A stretch of 64,000 nucleotides of DNA from Phycisphaeraceae bacterium (lineage in GTDB: Bacteria; Planctomycetota; Phycisphaerae; Phycisphaerales; Zrk34), in contig JBBDRF010000012.1 of the NCBI GenBank assembly GCA_040905565.1, positions 64,001-128,000 of the forward strand. Reading direction: 5' to 3'. Under the pieces are notes generated by a model, which was given only the letters and a program-made list of their open reading frames with translations, ran no database searches and had not been told where the DNA came from. Positions 43,175 through 53,738 of this stretch are shown piece after piece (position 1 is the stretch's first letter; every line of letters begins with the position of its first letter). The position numbers were made by a program, and so were the translations under genes.

Positions 43175-44497
43175 TCAGACGATGTTGAACCGTTCGCTTC
43201 GCTGCCGGTGCTGCGGCACGCCCATTGCCGACAGCTCCGCATTGACCATGTCGAGCATGATGTCTGGTCCGCAGGCCATGTAACGCAAGCGTTTGATCTC
43301 GTGTTCGGGCAGGTGCCGCTGAAGGAGTTCGCGGGTCACGTAGCCGCGTTCGCCTTGCCATTGTTCGTCCGGGCGGTCGACGACGTACACGATGGTCAGG
43401 GCCGGTAGCAGCTGTTCCAGTTCCGTCAGTTCTTCGTGGCCGATGGCGCGGTCCAGCGTCGGCACGCCGTAGAAAAGGTAGTAGGGCGTCTGGTGGTCGG
43501 CGGTGTCGGCTTCGGTGCGGAGCATGCTGAGGAACGGCGTGATGCCGATGCCGCCGGCGATCATGACAGTCGGCTCGCGGCGGGGCAGCAGGAACTGCCC
43601 GTAGGGGCCCTCGAGGTAGGCGCGGGTTCCGATCGACGTCTTGCCGATGGTGCCTGTGAAGTCGCCGAGTTCCTTGATCGTTAAGCGGACACGCGTCGGC
43701 TCGGCGGCACTGGAGGAAAATGAAAACGGGTGCTGCTGGAGCGTCCAGGGCGTTGGCCCCAGCGTCAGCCATGCATACTGCCCAGCGTTGAACGGCATCC
43801 CGGCGTGACCTTCCGCTTCGAGCGTCAAACTCCAGCTCTCGCCGCGTTCGGGTTGCACGTCTGTCACGCGCCACGGCCGTCGACTCGTCTGCCAGGGTTT
43901 CACGATGCGGATGTAAATCAGCAAGCCCAACGCGGCGCCGACCCCGGCGATCCAGACCCCGCGTTTGAACGGCGTGGCCACGTAATGGCCCACCATGTTC
44001 ACGTGCGCCAACCCGATGAAGAGCACCAGTGCCGCAAGCAGGCCGTGCGTCAGTCGCCACCATTCATAGCTGAGCCCGAACGTTCGCCGGCGCAAGGAGA
44101 GGACCACGAGGGCGATCATCGCCACCAGCGCCATCACCAGCGCCAAGGCGCGTGGGGCGTTGACGCGTGGATCGAAAAACGCCCAGTAGCCGGGCCTCGC
44201 AGCCAGCAGCACAACAACATGGCCGATGACAAAGATGACCGCGATGATCCCCGCCTGGCGGTGGAACTGCAGGATCGTGTCGACGCCGAACGGTTTGCCG
44301 ACCTGCCAGAATCGGCCCGTGAGCAGAAACTGCACGCACATCAGCGCCAGCCCGAGGAAGCCGAGCGCCACCCCGAATTCGACGCCGAAGTATCGGCCTG
44401 CCGGCAGGGGCTCGGCCAACATCATCCACAGCGGTGCCATCACCACGACGATGTAGAGCAGCACCCAACGCACCGCATGTTTCACAATTGCGTTCAT
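43175..44497 (-). CDS. Ferric reductase-like transmembrane protein with FNR-type FAD/NAD domain
   Basis: His-containing TM region (FHR, YEWWRLTH), HPFSFSS, EGPYG, AGGIGITP, CGP, ERF. Confidence 0.88.
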   Translation of the reverse strand: MNAIVKHAVRWVLLYIVVVMAPLWMMLAEPLPAGRYFGVEFGVALGFLGLALMCVQFLLTGRFWQVGKPFGVDTILQFHRQAGIIAVIFVIGHVVVLLAARPGYWAFFDPRVNAPRALALVMALVAMIALVVLSLRRRTFGLSYEWWRLTHGLLAALVLFIGLAHVNMVGHYVATPFKRGVWIAGVGAALGLLIYIRIVKPWQTSRRPWRVTDVQPERGESWSLTLEAEGHAGMPFNAGQYAWLTLGPTPWTLQQHPFSFSSSAAEPTRVRLTIKELGDFTGTIGKTSIGTRAYLEGPYGQFLLPRREPTVMIAGGIGITPFLSMLRTEADTADHQTPYYLFYGVPTLDRAIGHEELTELEQLLPALTIVYVVDRPDEQWQGERGYVTRELLQRHLPEHEIKRLRYMACGPDIMLDMVNAELSAMGVPQHRQRSERFNIV

Positions 44498-44602
44498 CGA
44501 CGCTCCGCCGGGGCGATATCAAGAAGCAGGTAGCAGAGGAAAGCCATCCCTGTGCAAGTTTAGTCTATCGCCGAAGCAGCGGCTTCCTGATCGCGGGCGT
44601 TA

Positions 44603-45463
44603 CTAGTCTTCGTCGCTCTCGGCCCAGGTGGGGAATTTACGTTTGCCGCCCAGCGCGTCCTCGCCTCCCGCAGCACCGGCGCGATGAACTCGCAAAACCG
44701 CCTCGGCGAACGGCACGTCCTCCGGCACCGTGATCTTGACGTTCATCGGGTCACCCATCACAGCGACCACCTGCTGCCCCATCGCCTCGACAAGCCCTGC
44801 GTCGTCGGTGATCTGATCGGTCGCAAGCGTTCCGTTGCTCACCTGCTGATAGGCGCGGCGCAGCAGGTCTGCTTTGAAAACCTGAGGCGTCTGCACCATC
44901 CACAGCCCCTCCCTCGGCACGGTCTGCATCACCTGCCAGGCTTCGATCTCCTCTTTGCCGGCTTCGCCGAGAATGGCGTCGAGTGGGTCGGCGGACTCGG
45001 CGGGAACCTCTGCTTTTTCGCCGAGCCGTTTGATCGTCGCCGTGACCGGGACGGCGGGAATGACAGCCTCAAATTTCATCGCGGCTGCGAAAACGCGCTT
45101 GATCATTTGTGCGTCGGCGACCGGTCTTGCCGCATCGTGCACGGCGATGTGCGTGGCCTCATCACTGACCGCATCGATCGCTTTCTGCACGGTTTCCCAT
45201 CGCTCGGCTCGGCCGCCGGCGACGACCTTGACGCCGAGGAACCCGAGCTGATCGCCCCATCGCAGCTTGAATGCATCGAGGCCATCCGGGTCCGCGGCGA
45301 TGATGACCTCGCTTACCTCCGGCCGTTTCGCGAAAAGATCAACTGCCCGCAGCAGCACCGCCCGGCCGGCGAGTTCAACCTCCAGTTTCGCCTGACCGCC
45401 GAAACGTCGACTCCGCCCCGCAGCCGGTAAAATTACCGCCACCCTCATCGCATGCTCATCCAT
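44603..45463 (-). CDS. ispD: 2-C-methyl-D-erythritol 4-phosphate cytidylyltransferase
   Basis: ILPAAGRSRRFG, VHDAARP, VQTPQVF, TDDA, NVKIT. Confidence 0.88.
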   Translation of the reverse strand: MDEHAMRVAVILPAAGRSRRFGGQAKLEVELAGRAVLLRAVDLFAKRPEVSEVIIAADPDGLDAFKLRWGDQLGFLGVKVVAGGRAERWETVQKAIDAVSDEATHIAVHDAARPVADAQMIKRVFAAAMKFEAVIPAVPVTATIKRLGEKAEVPAESADPLDAILGEAGKEEIEAWQVMQTVPREGLWMVQTPQVFKADLLRRAYQQVSNGTLATDQITDDAGLVEAMGQQVVAVMGDPMNVKITVPEDVPFAEAVLRVHRAGAAGGEDALGGKRKFPTWAESDED

Positions 45464-45480
45464 CTTGAATTCCGCTGGCT

Positions 45481-46581
45481 CTAGACCGCTTCCTGTTTCG
45501 TCCGAATGGCGTCCCACGCGCCGGTGACCTGGCCGAGCGGGATGTCGTCGCGCATCGTCACACTGCCCAGCCGCTCGGGGAGCACGAAGCGCACCTTGTT
45601 GCGGCTGACCTTTTTGTCCAGCGTCATCACGTGCAGCAGCCGTTCGGTCTCGGGCAGCTCAGCCCGCACCGGCAGCCCGATCGCCTCGAGCAGTGCAACC
45701 AGTTGCTCCAGCACCTCCGCGTCACACATGCCAAGATCGACCGCGAGCGTCGTCGCCGCCACCATGCCGAGGCTGACCGCTTCGCCGTGTTCGATCTCAC
45801 CGTAGCCGGTGGTCGCTTCGATGGCGTGAGCGAAGGTGTGCCCGAAGTTCAGGTGCGCCCGCACGCCGGCTTCTTTCTCATCTTCCATCACGACGGCTGC
45901 CTTGATGCGGACGTTCCGCTCAAGCAGTTCCACGAGCGTGGCCGGCTCGAGCGCTTCGATCTCCGCAAGGTTGTCGCGGATGAAGCTGAACAGCGACGCG
46001 TCGCGAATCACCCCATGTTTCACGCACTCGGCGAGCCCACACCGCAGTTCACGTGGCGGCAACGTCGCCAGCGTCAGCGGATCGATCAGCACCGCATGCG
46101 GCTGATAGAACGCCCCGATCAGGTTCTTACCCTGAACGACGTTCACGCCGACTTTTCCGCCCACGCTGGCGTCGACCATGGCGAGCAAACTGGTGGGCAC
46201 CTGGATGAACGGCACGCCTCGGAGATACGTCGCCGCTGCGAAGCCGACGGTATCACCGGTGATGCCGCCGCCGAGTGCGATCACCGGCGAGCGCCTCTCC
46301 AACTTGTCATGCAGCATCACTTCGTAGAGTGCCTGCACGGCGTCGAGCGATTTGTGCTGCTCGCCCCCTTCAAGCACAGCGGAACTCACGCGGTAGTCGG
46401 CGGCGTTCAGAGAACGCAGCGCCCGGTCGCCGTAGATCTGGCTGACCGTCGCATCGGCCATCAGGGCGCAGCGATCGTGCGGCGCCAACTCATGGACAAC
46501 GGAACCCAATCGATCCAGCAGGTTCGGCTCGATGATGATGTCGTAACGATGGTGGGGCAATTCAACGGGAACAACAGCCAT
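45481..46581 (-). CDS. aroB: 3-dehydroquinate synthase
   Basis: GEQHKS, LGGGITGD, PTSLLAMVDASVGGK, LNFGHTFAHAIE, HGEAV, DKK. Confidence 0.95.
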   Translation of the reverse strand: MAVVPVELPHHRYDIIIEPNLLDRLGSVVHELAPHDRCALMADATVSQIYGDRALRSLNAADYRVSSAVLEGGEQHKSLDAVQALYEVMLHDKLERRSPVIALGGGITGDTVGFAAATYLRGVPFIQVPTSLLAMVDASVGGKVGVNVVQGKNLIGAFYQPHAVLIDPLTLATLPPRELRCGLAECVKHGVIRDASLFSFIRDNLAEIEALEPATLVELLERNVRIKAAVVMEDEKEAGVRAHLNFGHTFAHAIEATTGYGEIEHGEAVSLGMVAATTLAVDLGMCDAEVLEQLVALLEAIGLPVRAELPETERLLHVMTLDKKVSRNKVRFVLPERLGSVTMRDDIPLGQVTGAWDAIRTKQEAV

Positions 46582-46584
46582 TGG

Positions 46585-47397
46585 TCAGTCCTGATCCTCT
46601 TCGCGGTGTCGGCGTTTAAGCGTATCCAGCGCGTCAACGGGGTCCTCGGGGAGGTACGATTGCTCGACCACTTCGTCAAGCTCGTCCACGTCCTCCTGCT
46701 GGCGAAGGCGACGTTTCTCCGCGAGGTAGGCCGTCGTCCGTTTCGCCTGCGCCGACGACCGATTGAGCAGCCATATGCGCCAGAAGAGCAGAATCATACC
46801 AATAATGATCAAGACCAGCAGCATCACGGCGAACCCCATGCTGATGCCCGTCGCCGGCCGCTCCCCCATCCACGCAACCTCTCGCCCGACAAAGCTGAGA
46901 TACGGTCGGCTGCCTTCGCCTTCCCTCGGAGCGTAACGCACGATCTTGTGGAACCGCGCCACCAGCCGAACGGGCTGGTTGTACCGCACCGCATCAGGCG
47001 GATCCACGAGGTAAACGATGACCATCTCGTCGGCGGTCGGTTTGTAATCGTCCGCACCGTCGTCGATACGCAGGATGACGCCGCGCACCTGCTCCCAGCC
47101 TGAACGCGCCCAGCCATGCTCGGGCAGCATCCCGAGCGCACGCCCTTCAATCAGCGTTAACTGCCCACGATGCCCAGCCGGATCGTCCCGCATGGCGTGA
47201 AAATCAGGCACAATCGCGCCAGCCGTCTCACCCGACGGCCACTGCTCTGCATTTTCCAGCAGCGCGTAAAAGGCTGCTTCGTTGACCGTTGTCGCGCCGT
47301 CCTGCGCGCTCTCCAGTCGCACCTCCTGGGACGTATCCAGTGGCGGGATAGCCGCTAACAGCAACGTTGCCGCGATGGTTTGGATCCAGCTCATCAT
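46585..47397 (-). CDS. Hypothetical membrane-anchored protein
   Basis: N-terminal signal-like segment, C-terminal TM and acidic tail; abuts aroB. Confidence 0.65.
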   Translation of the reverse strand: MMSWIQTIAATLLLAAIPPLDTSQEVRLESAQDGATTVNEAAFYALLENAEQWPSGETAGAIVPDFHAMRDDPAGHRGQLTLIEGRALGMLPEHGWARSGWEQVRGVILRIDDGADDYKPTADEMVIVYLVDPPDAVRYNQPVRLVARFHKIVRYAPREGEGSRPYLSFVGREVAWMGERPATGISMGFAVMLLVLIIIGMILLFWRIWLLNRSSAQAKRTTAYLAEKRRLRQQEDVDELDEVVEQSYLPEDPVDALDTLKRRHREEDQD

Positions 47398-47583
47398 CTC
47401 AATGATAGTCGCCAATCATCCTCGATGCGGGAAGGAACGCGCCTGACGATCGGCGCATGGCGAAAAACCTTTGTCCAGGCCCATTTTGTATTGTAGATTG
47501 AGGTGTGGCGAACCTTCCAGCCGGAGGGTTTCTCCAAGGTGCTGTTAGCTTTCAGCACCGTTCAAAATGAAGAGGAGATCAAA

Positions 47584-48297
47584 GTGAGAATCACTGTCTT
47601 TGCGCTTGGGTTCTGCATTTTCGCGACGGCGCTGACGGGTCAGTTGCACGCCGGCGTGATCGTCGGCACCGAAAACTGGTCCGGCTCGCGGACAATCAAC
47701 GCCGACGGCACCGGCATCGGCATCACCGAAAACTTTCACTATCCCATCGCGTCCATGGCGCCCGCCATCCACTGGGATATCAGCTACGACACAAGCACCC
47801 AACGTTACACCTACGCCTACTCGTTTACCTACGGCGGCAGCGCCCTCCAGCCCAGCCACTTCATCGTGCAGCTGAGCGAGGACTACCAGCCGAACGACCA
47901 GAACTTCGCCTTCGTCCAAGCTCCCGAAAGCTGGACGGCCGGCGTTTTCTCCGCCGAGCAAGGCAGCGCCGATGTCACCATGCCCAACCCGATTCACGGC
48001 GTAAAGCTCGACGCAGAATCGTCAACCTACACAATCGTCAGCGAACGCGGTCCCGTGTGGGGCGACTTCTTCTGGAAGAAGGGCAGCGGCGCCCGAGCAC
48101 AGGACGGATGGAACATGGGACTGGAATCCGGGATCTTCCCGGAGGAAACCATGACCGATTTCACCGACTGGATTCCCGTCCCTAACTCGCACACCGGGAA
48201 CACCAATCTGATTGTGTTGCCCACCCCCGCAGCCGCTCCGTTGGGCCTGATGCTGCTCGGCGGGCTGATGATGCGGCGAAAACGAATCGCTGCGTAA
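47584..48297 (+). CDS. PEP-CTERM-like (PTP variant) surface protein
   Basis: GAGGAG RBS, signal peptide, C-terminus LPTPAAAPLGLMLLGGLMMRRKR. Confidence 0.82.
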   Translation: MRITVFALGFCIFATALTGQLHAGVIVGTENWSGSRTINADGTGIGITENFHYPIASMAPAIHWDISYDTSTQRYTYAYSFTYGGSALQPSHFIVQLSEDYQPNDQNFAFVQAPESWTAGVFSAEQGSADVTMPNPIHGVKLDAESSTYTIVSERGPVWGDFFWKKGSGARAQDGWNMGLESGIFPEETMTDFTDWIPVPNSHTGNTNLIVLPTPAAAPLGLMLLGGLMMRRKRIAA

Positions 48298-48325
48298 TTC
48301 CTCCGCCACGATGCCTCCTTCTAGC

Positions 48326-48366
48326 ACACCCGTCCGGCGCACAGACGCAGGGCGGGTGTTTCTTGT
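48326..48366 (+). terminator. Probable intrinsic terminator
   Basis: ACACCCGTCC...GGGCGGGTGT stem followed by TTCTTGT. Confidence 0.55.
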
Positions 48367-48478
48367 GCCGTCGTGCTCAAAAGTATCTTCGCGTTGACTG
48401 TCGCATTCTTCATCACACAGCCGCCACAACCCGCACCGGCTCCCATAGGATGTAAAAACCCTGAAGGAGCTTGCACTG

Positions 48479-49648
48479 ATGTTCACGCGCGCCTTTGAAC
48501 TGTTCAAAATGTTCGGCATTCCGATCCGGATCGACCTCAGCTGGTTCATCATCGCCATCCTCGTCACCTGGTCGCTCGCGGTCAGCCTGTTCCCGCAGCT
48601 CGCCGCTGATATCTACCCCGAGGTCGCTGAGCAGCTGACACCCACCGCCTACTGGACCATGGGCGTGCTCGGCGCGCTCGGGCTCTTCGCTTCCGTTCTC
48701 CTGCACGAACTCGGTCACGCACTCGAAGCCCGACGCCACGGCGTCGAAATGCGCGCCATCACACTCTTTATCTTCGGCGGCGTCGCGGAGATGGGCAGCG
48801 AACCACCCACCGCCAAGGCCGAATTCCTCGTCGCCATTGCCGGCCCCGCCGTCAGCCTCATCCTCGCCGTGCTGTTCATCGGCACCTCGGGCCTTATTCC
48901 GCTGCCCGAAACGGTCACGCTCGTCGTCGGCTACCTCGGGCTGATCAACCTGCTGCTGCTCGTGTTCAACCTGATCCCGGCGTTTCCGCTCGACGGCGGA
49001 CGCGTACTCCGGGCAGCACTCTGGCACTACAAGGGTGACCTGCGATGGGCGACGCGCATCACCTCCAGCATCGGCTCGGGGTTCGGCCTGTTCCTCATCA
49101 TCATCGGCGTCTTTGCCTTCATCCAAGGGCTTTTCGTGCAGGGGATGTGGTACTTCCTGATCGGTCTGTTCCTGCGGGCTGCAGCGAACATGTCCTATCA
49201 GCAGCTGTTGATGCGGCGGGCGCTGGAGGGCGAGCCCGTCGAACGTTTCATGCACCGCGAGCCCCGCACCGTCCCCAGCGATACCACACTGCAGAACCTC
49301 GTCGACGACTACCTCTATCGCTACAACCACAAAATGTTTCCCGTCCAGGACAACGGCAACCTGCGCGGTTGCGTCACGCTCAACCAGATCAAGGAAATGC
49401 CCCGCGAGGAGTGGTCACAGCACACCGTCAGCGAAATCGCCCAGCAGTGCGGCCCCGACAACACGATCTCCCCCGACGCCGACGCCATGGAGGCACTGTC
49501 GAAAATGAGCCAGACCGGTGCCTCACGGCTGCTGGTGGTCGACCGCGAGGGCAAGCTGCAAGGGATCCTCGCCCTGAAGGATCTGATGGGCTTCATCTCC
49601 ATGAAGGTAGAACTCGAGGACGAAAGCCGCACGGCCACGACGCGGTAA
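48479..49648 (+). CDS. Site-2 protease (M50) with tandem CBS domains
   Basis: HELGH, AGPAVS, NLIPAFPLDGGR, C-terminal CBS pair. Confidence 0.92.
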   Translation: MFTRAFELFKMFGIPIRIDLSWFIIAILVTWSLAVSLFPQLAADIYPEVAEQLTPTAYWTMGVLGALGLFASVLLHELGHALEARRHGVEMRAITLFIFGGVAEMGSEPPTAKAEFLVAIAGPAVSLILAVLFIGTSGLIPLPETVTLVVGYLGLINLLLLVFNLIPAFPLDGGRVLRAALWHYKGDLRWATRITSSIGSGFGLFLIIIGVFAFIQGLFVQGMWYFLIGLFLRAAANMSYQQLLMRRALEGEPVERFMHREPRTVPSDTTLQNLVDDYLYRYNHKMFPVQDNGNLRGCVTLNQIKEMPREEWSQHTVSEIAQQCGPDNTISPDADAMEALSKMSQTGASRLLVVDREGKLQGILALKDLMGFISMKVELEDESRTATTR

Positions 49649-49740
49649 CAAAAAAACTGCCGACCTGATCACAGCCGCTAAAGTCCGCCCTGTTTCACAC
49701 CGATGAAACAAGCGACGCGGGCCAGTGGAGGAGATCCGTC

Positions 49741-50367
49741 ATGCGATTGCTGGTCGACATTCTTATCGTAACCATGCTCATCAGTGCGCTGGTGACCATC
49801 GTCATCTATCAAAAGTCCGCCCGGCACCAGGTGGACCGCATCGAGGCGGTGCAGCGCGCGGTGCAGGCGATCGAAAGCGAATCGCTTTACCGGGCTGCGC
49901 TCGGCGAAGTTGACGCCACGCCGCGCGGCTATGCGCGTGTGCTGCGAGCTGCCTGGTTCGAGCGTCAACCGCACAACCTGCTCATCGACGAAGATGACCA
50001 GCCCAGCCCCATGTGGGTCGAGCAGATCAACGACCAGATCTACCGCAACATGGCCAACCCCAGGCAGATCGTCGCCGACGCTGATCATCCGCCGTTCTGG
50101 TACAACCCGTTCCGCGGCGTGGTGCGCGCCCGCGTGCCGATGCAGTTCTCACAGCAGGGCACGGTCGAGCTTTACAACATCATCAACGGGACCGATCTGT
50201 ACACGCATCAGGTGAGTTGGCCTCGGGATAACGCCCGCTCAGCCTCCGCCATGCCCGCACTCGCAGGCGGAGAGAATGCCGAGGCGACAACCGAGCCCGA
50301 TCCCCTGCGCCGGACGCCCCTGCTGCCCCGGCCGCAGGACTTGCGAAAAACGGCGCCGCTGAACTGA
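49741..50367 (+). CDS. Hypothetical protein with N-terminal TM anchor
   Basis: GGAGGAG RBS, hydrophobic N-terminus, fills the intergenic gap. Confidence 0.7.
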   Translation: MRLLVDILIVTMLISALVTIVIYQKSARHQVDRIEAVQRAVQAIESESLYRAALGEVDATPRGYARVLRAAWFERQPHNLLIDEDDQPSPMWVEQINDQIYRNMANPRQIVADADHPPFWYNPFRGVVRARVPMQFSQQGTVELYNIINGTDLYTHQVSWPRDNARSASAMPALAGGENAEATTEPDPLRRTPLLPRPQDLRKTAPLN

Positions 50368-50380
50368 TAGAAGCAATACC

Positions 50381-52762
50381 TTAGCGGCGGCGTGATTTTT
50401 TCTGGCCACCCTTTGCTCTGCTGCTGCCGCGCTTGGATTGCGACTTCTGAGCCGCGTTCTTCGCCAGCTCATGGCGGGGGCGTTTGTTGCCTGTCGTCGT
50501 CTTCTTTTTCGAGAGGTTCATCGCCGACCGAATATGGTCGGTGATGGTCAGGTCCATCTCGCGGCGGACCAGATTCACCTTGTTAATCTGCACCTTGAAC
50601 TGATCGCCGAGCGTGATGGAGCGGCCCGACCGCTGGGCCATGAGCGAACCGGTGTACTTGTTGAGCTCCCAACGCTCAGCCGGTCCGCCGGGCAGGTCGG
50701 GCGTGCGGATCATGCCTTCGACAAGGTACTTATCGATCTGGATAAACACCCCGAAGCCGGTGACGCCGGTGACGGTGCCGGGGAACTCTTCGCCCACGTG
50801 GCCCTCAAGAAGCTGCATCACCAGGAACTTGCGAAGCTGCCGTTCGGCAGCCTCAGCGTTGCGTTCGGTGGTCGAACAGTGGTTGCCCATCTCGACGAGT
50901 TGCTCTTCGCTCAGCACCCGATCGTCGTGTTTGATCTTATTTGCCAGGCTTTTGCGAGCCTTTGCGTCACTGGGGATGTGGCCCTGTTCGCCGAGGTGTT
51001 CCATCAGCGCATCCATCGCCCGGTGAACCATGAGGTCGGGGTATCGACGGATGGGGCTGGTGAAGTGCGTGTAATCCCCCGAGGCCAGCGCGAAGTGGCC
51101 GATGAGGTTCGGCGAATACTCCGCTTTCGTCAGCGTCTTGAGCACCGCGAAGTGAACCGCCCGGGACGCGGGCTTGCCACGGACCGATTCCAGAAGTCCC
51201 TGCAATTGCTTGCGATCGGGATTCTCCGGCAGGTCGTAACCAGCCACCTTCGCGAAGATGCGGAGGTCCGCGATGTCATGAGCGCCGGGGTCGGGGTGCG
51301 TCCGCCGAATCAGCGGAATCTTCAGGTCAGCGAAGACGCGTGCCACGGCTTCGTTGGCTTCGACCATGAACATCTCGATGACGCGGTGCGTGAAGGCGTC
51401 GTCCTCGGGGTGGGCGTCGCAGACCCGGCCGGTCTTGTCGTACTCAAGCTCAACTTCAGGCAGGTCGAGCACAATCATGCCATCATTTAGCCGTCGTTTC
51501 CGGATGTTACGGGCGAGACTGTCGAACTGACGCAGCGTTTCCGTGAGTTTCTCGGTGTACGGCGCGTCGGTCTTCGCGTGCTTGCGGGCCTCTTCGGTGT
51601 TGCCGTCGATCAGGGCCTGCGCTTCAAGGTAGGTCAGCCGATGGGCGGACTGGATAACGCTGGAGCAGAAGCGGGTGCCGATGGGCTTGGCGTTTTCGTC
51701 GTAGGTGACATAGGCGGAACGCGCGAGCCTCGGCACGCCCGGTTGAAGGCTGCACACGCCGTTGGAAAGCACCTCAGGCAGCATCGGAATCACGCGCCGG
51801 GGCAGGTAGCAACTGGTGCCGCGTTCGTAGGCTTCTTTATCCAGATGCGAACCGGGCGTGACGAAGAAGGCGACGTCGGCGATGTGGACGCCCAGTTCCA
51901 CGCCGTTTTTCGTCTGGCTGATGCTGATCGCATCGTCAAAATCCTGCGCATCAGGCGGGTCGATCGTAATCAGGTAATCGTTGCGAAGGTCGGTCCGCTT
52001 TTTGTAAGCAGCGTCGTCCTCATCGAGATCGTTGTATCGGCTGACCGCTTCTCGCGCCTGGTCGACGGCTTCGTCGGGGAACGCTTCGGGGAGATCGAAC
52101 GCACGGCAGATGGCGTCGGTCTCGACCTCGGGCTCACCCGATCGCCCGAGCACTTCGGTAATCACGCCCTCCGCAGCGACGTCCTTCCGGGGGAAGGTGG
52201 TGATTTCGACGACGACCTTTTCGCCGAGCTCCGCATGCTTCGCGATATCGCGGATGAGGATGACTTCTTTCAGCATCGTGCCGTCGGGCGTGATGAAGTA
52301 CGTCGAGCCGTCTTTTTCGAGCGTGCCGACGAACTTGGTGTTGGCCCGGCGGACGATATCGACGATTTTGCCGGTGAACGGCGATTTGCCTGCGGGCCCG
52401 CGTCGGCCGCTGTGGACGACTTCTGCGCGCACGATGTCGCCGGTTAGCGCGCCGCCGGTCTTGCCCTGCGGGACGAACAGGTCGCCGTGGGCGTTGCGTT
52501 CGTCGGGCATGATGAAGCCGAAGCCGCGCTCGTGGAGTTTGAATCGTCCGACGACTTCGGGGCCCATCGGAGGCAGCGCGAGGGTGTCGGAAGCGCCGAC
52601 CACCACGTGCCCGGCTTCGACGAGCTGCTCGACCGCCTCGCGGAATTCGGGCTGCTCATCTGTGGGAACACCAAGCTCCTCAGCGATGTCGATGATCTGC
52701 TGGGGCGCATAGTTGCGGTGGGAAACGTGGGCCAGAATGCGGGGTTTAAAACGTTCAGCCAT
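50381..52762 (-). CDS. rnr: Ribonuclease R
   Basis: HERGFGF cold-shock domain, TIDPPDAQDFDDAIS, HIADV, HFTSPIRRYPDL, S1 domain, basic tail. Confidence 0.93.
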   Translation of the reverse strand: MAERFKPRILAHVSHRNYAPQQIIDIAEELGVPTDEQPEFREAVEQLVEAGHVVVGASDTLALPPMGPEVVGRFKLHERGFGFIMPDERNAHGDLFVPQGKTGGALTGDIVRAEVVHSGRRGPAGKSPFTGKIVDIVRRANTKFVGTLEKDGSTYFITPDGTMLKEVILIRDIAKHAELGEKVVVEITTFPRKDVAAEGVITEVLGRSGEPEVETDAICRAFDLPEAFPDEAVDQAREAVSRYNDLDEDDAAYKKRTDLRNDYLITIDPPDAQDFDDAISISQTKNGVELGVHIADVAFFVTPGSHLDKEAYERGTSCYLPRRVIPMLPEVLSNGVCSLQPGVPRLARSAYVTYDENAKPIGTRFCSSVIQSAHRLTYLEAQALIDGNTEEARKHAKTDAPYTEKLTETLRQFDSLARNIRKRRLNDGMIVLDLPEVELEYDKTGRVCDAHPEDDAFTHRVIEMFMVEANEAVARVFADLKIPLIRRTHPDPGAHDIADLRIFAKVAGYDLPENPDRKQLQGLLESVRGKPASRAVHFAVLKTLTKAEYSPNLIGHFALASGDYTHFTSPIRRYPDLMVHRAMDALMEHLGEQGHIPSDAKARKSLANKIKHDDRVLSEEQLVEMGNHCSTTERNAEAAERQLRKFLVMQLLEGHVGEEFPGTVTGVTGFGVFIQIDKYLVEGMIRTPDLPGGPAERWELNKYTGSLMAQRSGRSITLGDQFKVQINKVNLVRREMDLTITDHIRSAMNLSKKKTTTGNKRPRHELAKNAAQKSQSKRGSSRAKGGQKKSRRR

Positions 52763-52851
52763 GGAAACAATCGCTCATTGTGAAGAGAATCAAAGGTCTA
52801 TTATAGGGCTATCGGCTCAAGAGGAAGCTCATTGCCACTAAGGAAGTTTAA

Positions 52852-53571
52852 ATGATTATCCATCGCCTCGCCCACGAACGCGGCCGCACCGAGCTCGACT
52901 GGCTCGATTCGCGTCACTCCTTCGCCTTCGGCGCGTACCACGATCCGGCATGGCGAGGCTTCGGCCCGCTGCGTGTGATCAACGATGACCACATCAAACC
53001 CGGGGCGGGGTTCGGCATGCATCGCCATCGTGATATGGAGATTATCTCCTGGGTCGTCGACGGCAAGCTGGCGCACCGGGACTCGCTCGACCACGAAGGC
53101 CTGATCGAACACGGCATGGCGCAGGTGATGACCGCCGGCCGAGGCATCCGGCACAGCGAGTTCAACCCGGAACCGGAGAAGCCGGTTCACCTTCTTCAGA
53201 TCTGGATCAAGCCGAGGCAGCGCGGGCTGGAGCCGAAGTACGCCGACCGACAGTCCGACCCTGCCGACCGTCGCGATCGCTTCGACATCATCGCTTCGCC
53301 CGACGGCCGGGCCAATTCGCTTACCATTCAGCAGGACGCACTGGTTCACGTGGCCGACCTCTCGCCCGGAGCAACCATCGACTACACCTTCGCCCCCGAC
53401 CGCCTCGGCTGGATCCAGATCGCCCAGGGCCAAGCCCGACTCAACACCAGCCTCGCCCTCGAAGAAGGCGACGCCGCCGCCCTGCGTCACGAAACCCAAA
53501 TCAGCCTGCACAACCCAGGCTCCAGCCCCACCCAACTGATCCTCTTCGACCTCCCCCCCGACAGCGTCTGA
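52852..53571 (+). CDS. Pirin family protein (YhhW-like)
   Basis: WLDSRHSFAF, GFGPLRVINDD, HRHRDMEI, MTAGRGIRHSE, LQIW. Confidence 0.92.
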   Translation: MIIHRLAHERGRTELDWLDSRHSFAFGAYHDPAWRGFGPLRVINDDHIKPGAGFGMHRHRDMEIISWVVDGKLAHRDSLDHEGLIEHGMAQVMTAGRGIRHSEFNPEPEKPVHLLQIWIKPRQRGLEPKYADRQSDPADRRDRFDIIASPDGRANSLTIQQDALVHVADLSPGATIDYTFAPDRLGWIQIAQGQARLNTSLALEEGDAAALRHETQISLHNPGSSPTQLILFDLPPDSV

Positions 53572-53738
53572 CAAAGCGTCACGCACGCGAGTAAGCGGTC
53601 GGATCACCCCCCGGCGACGAAGTCCCCGCCGGACACCAACAATTTCAACGAGATGCTACGCTCCGTAAGGAGTGCCGACCTTCAAGCAGCAAGGTTTTTA
53701 TGAAGCACGCCGCGAAAGCGGATGATTGAGAGAGAGCA

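Noticed and set aside
43052..43408. 118-aa ORF after the MFP gene
   Set aside because: TTG start, Pro/Arg-rich, and mostly antisense to the reductase gene.
44545..44575. Sigma-54 promoter upstream of the ferric reductase-like gene
   Set aside because: TTGCA is present but the -24 GG is missing.
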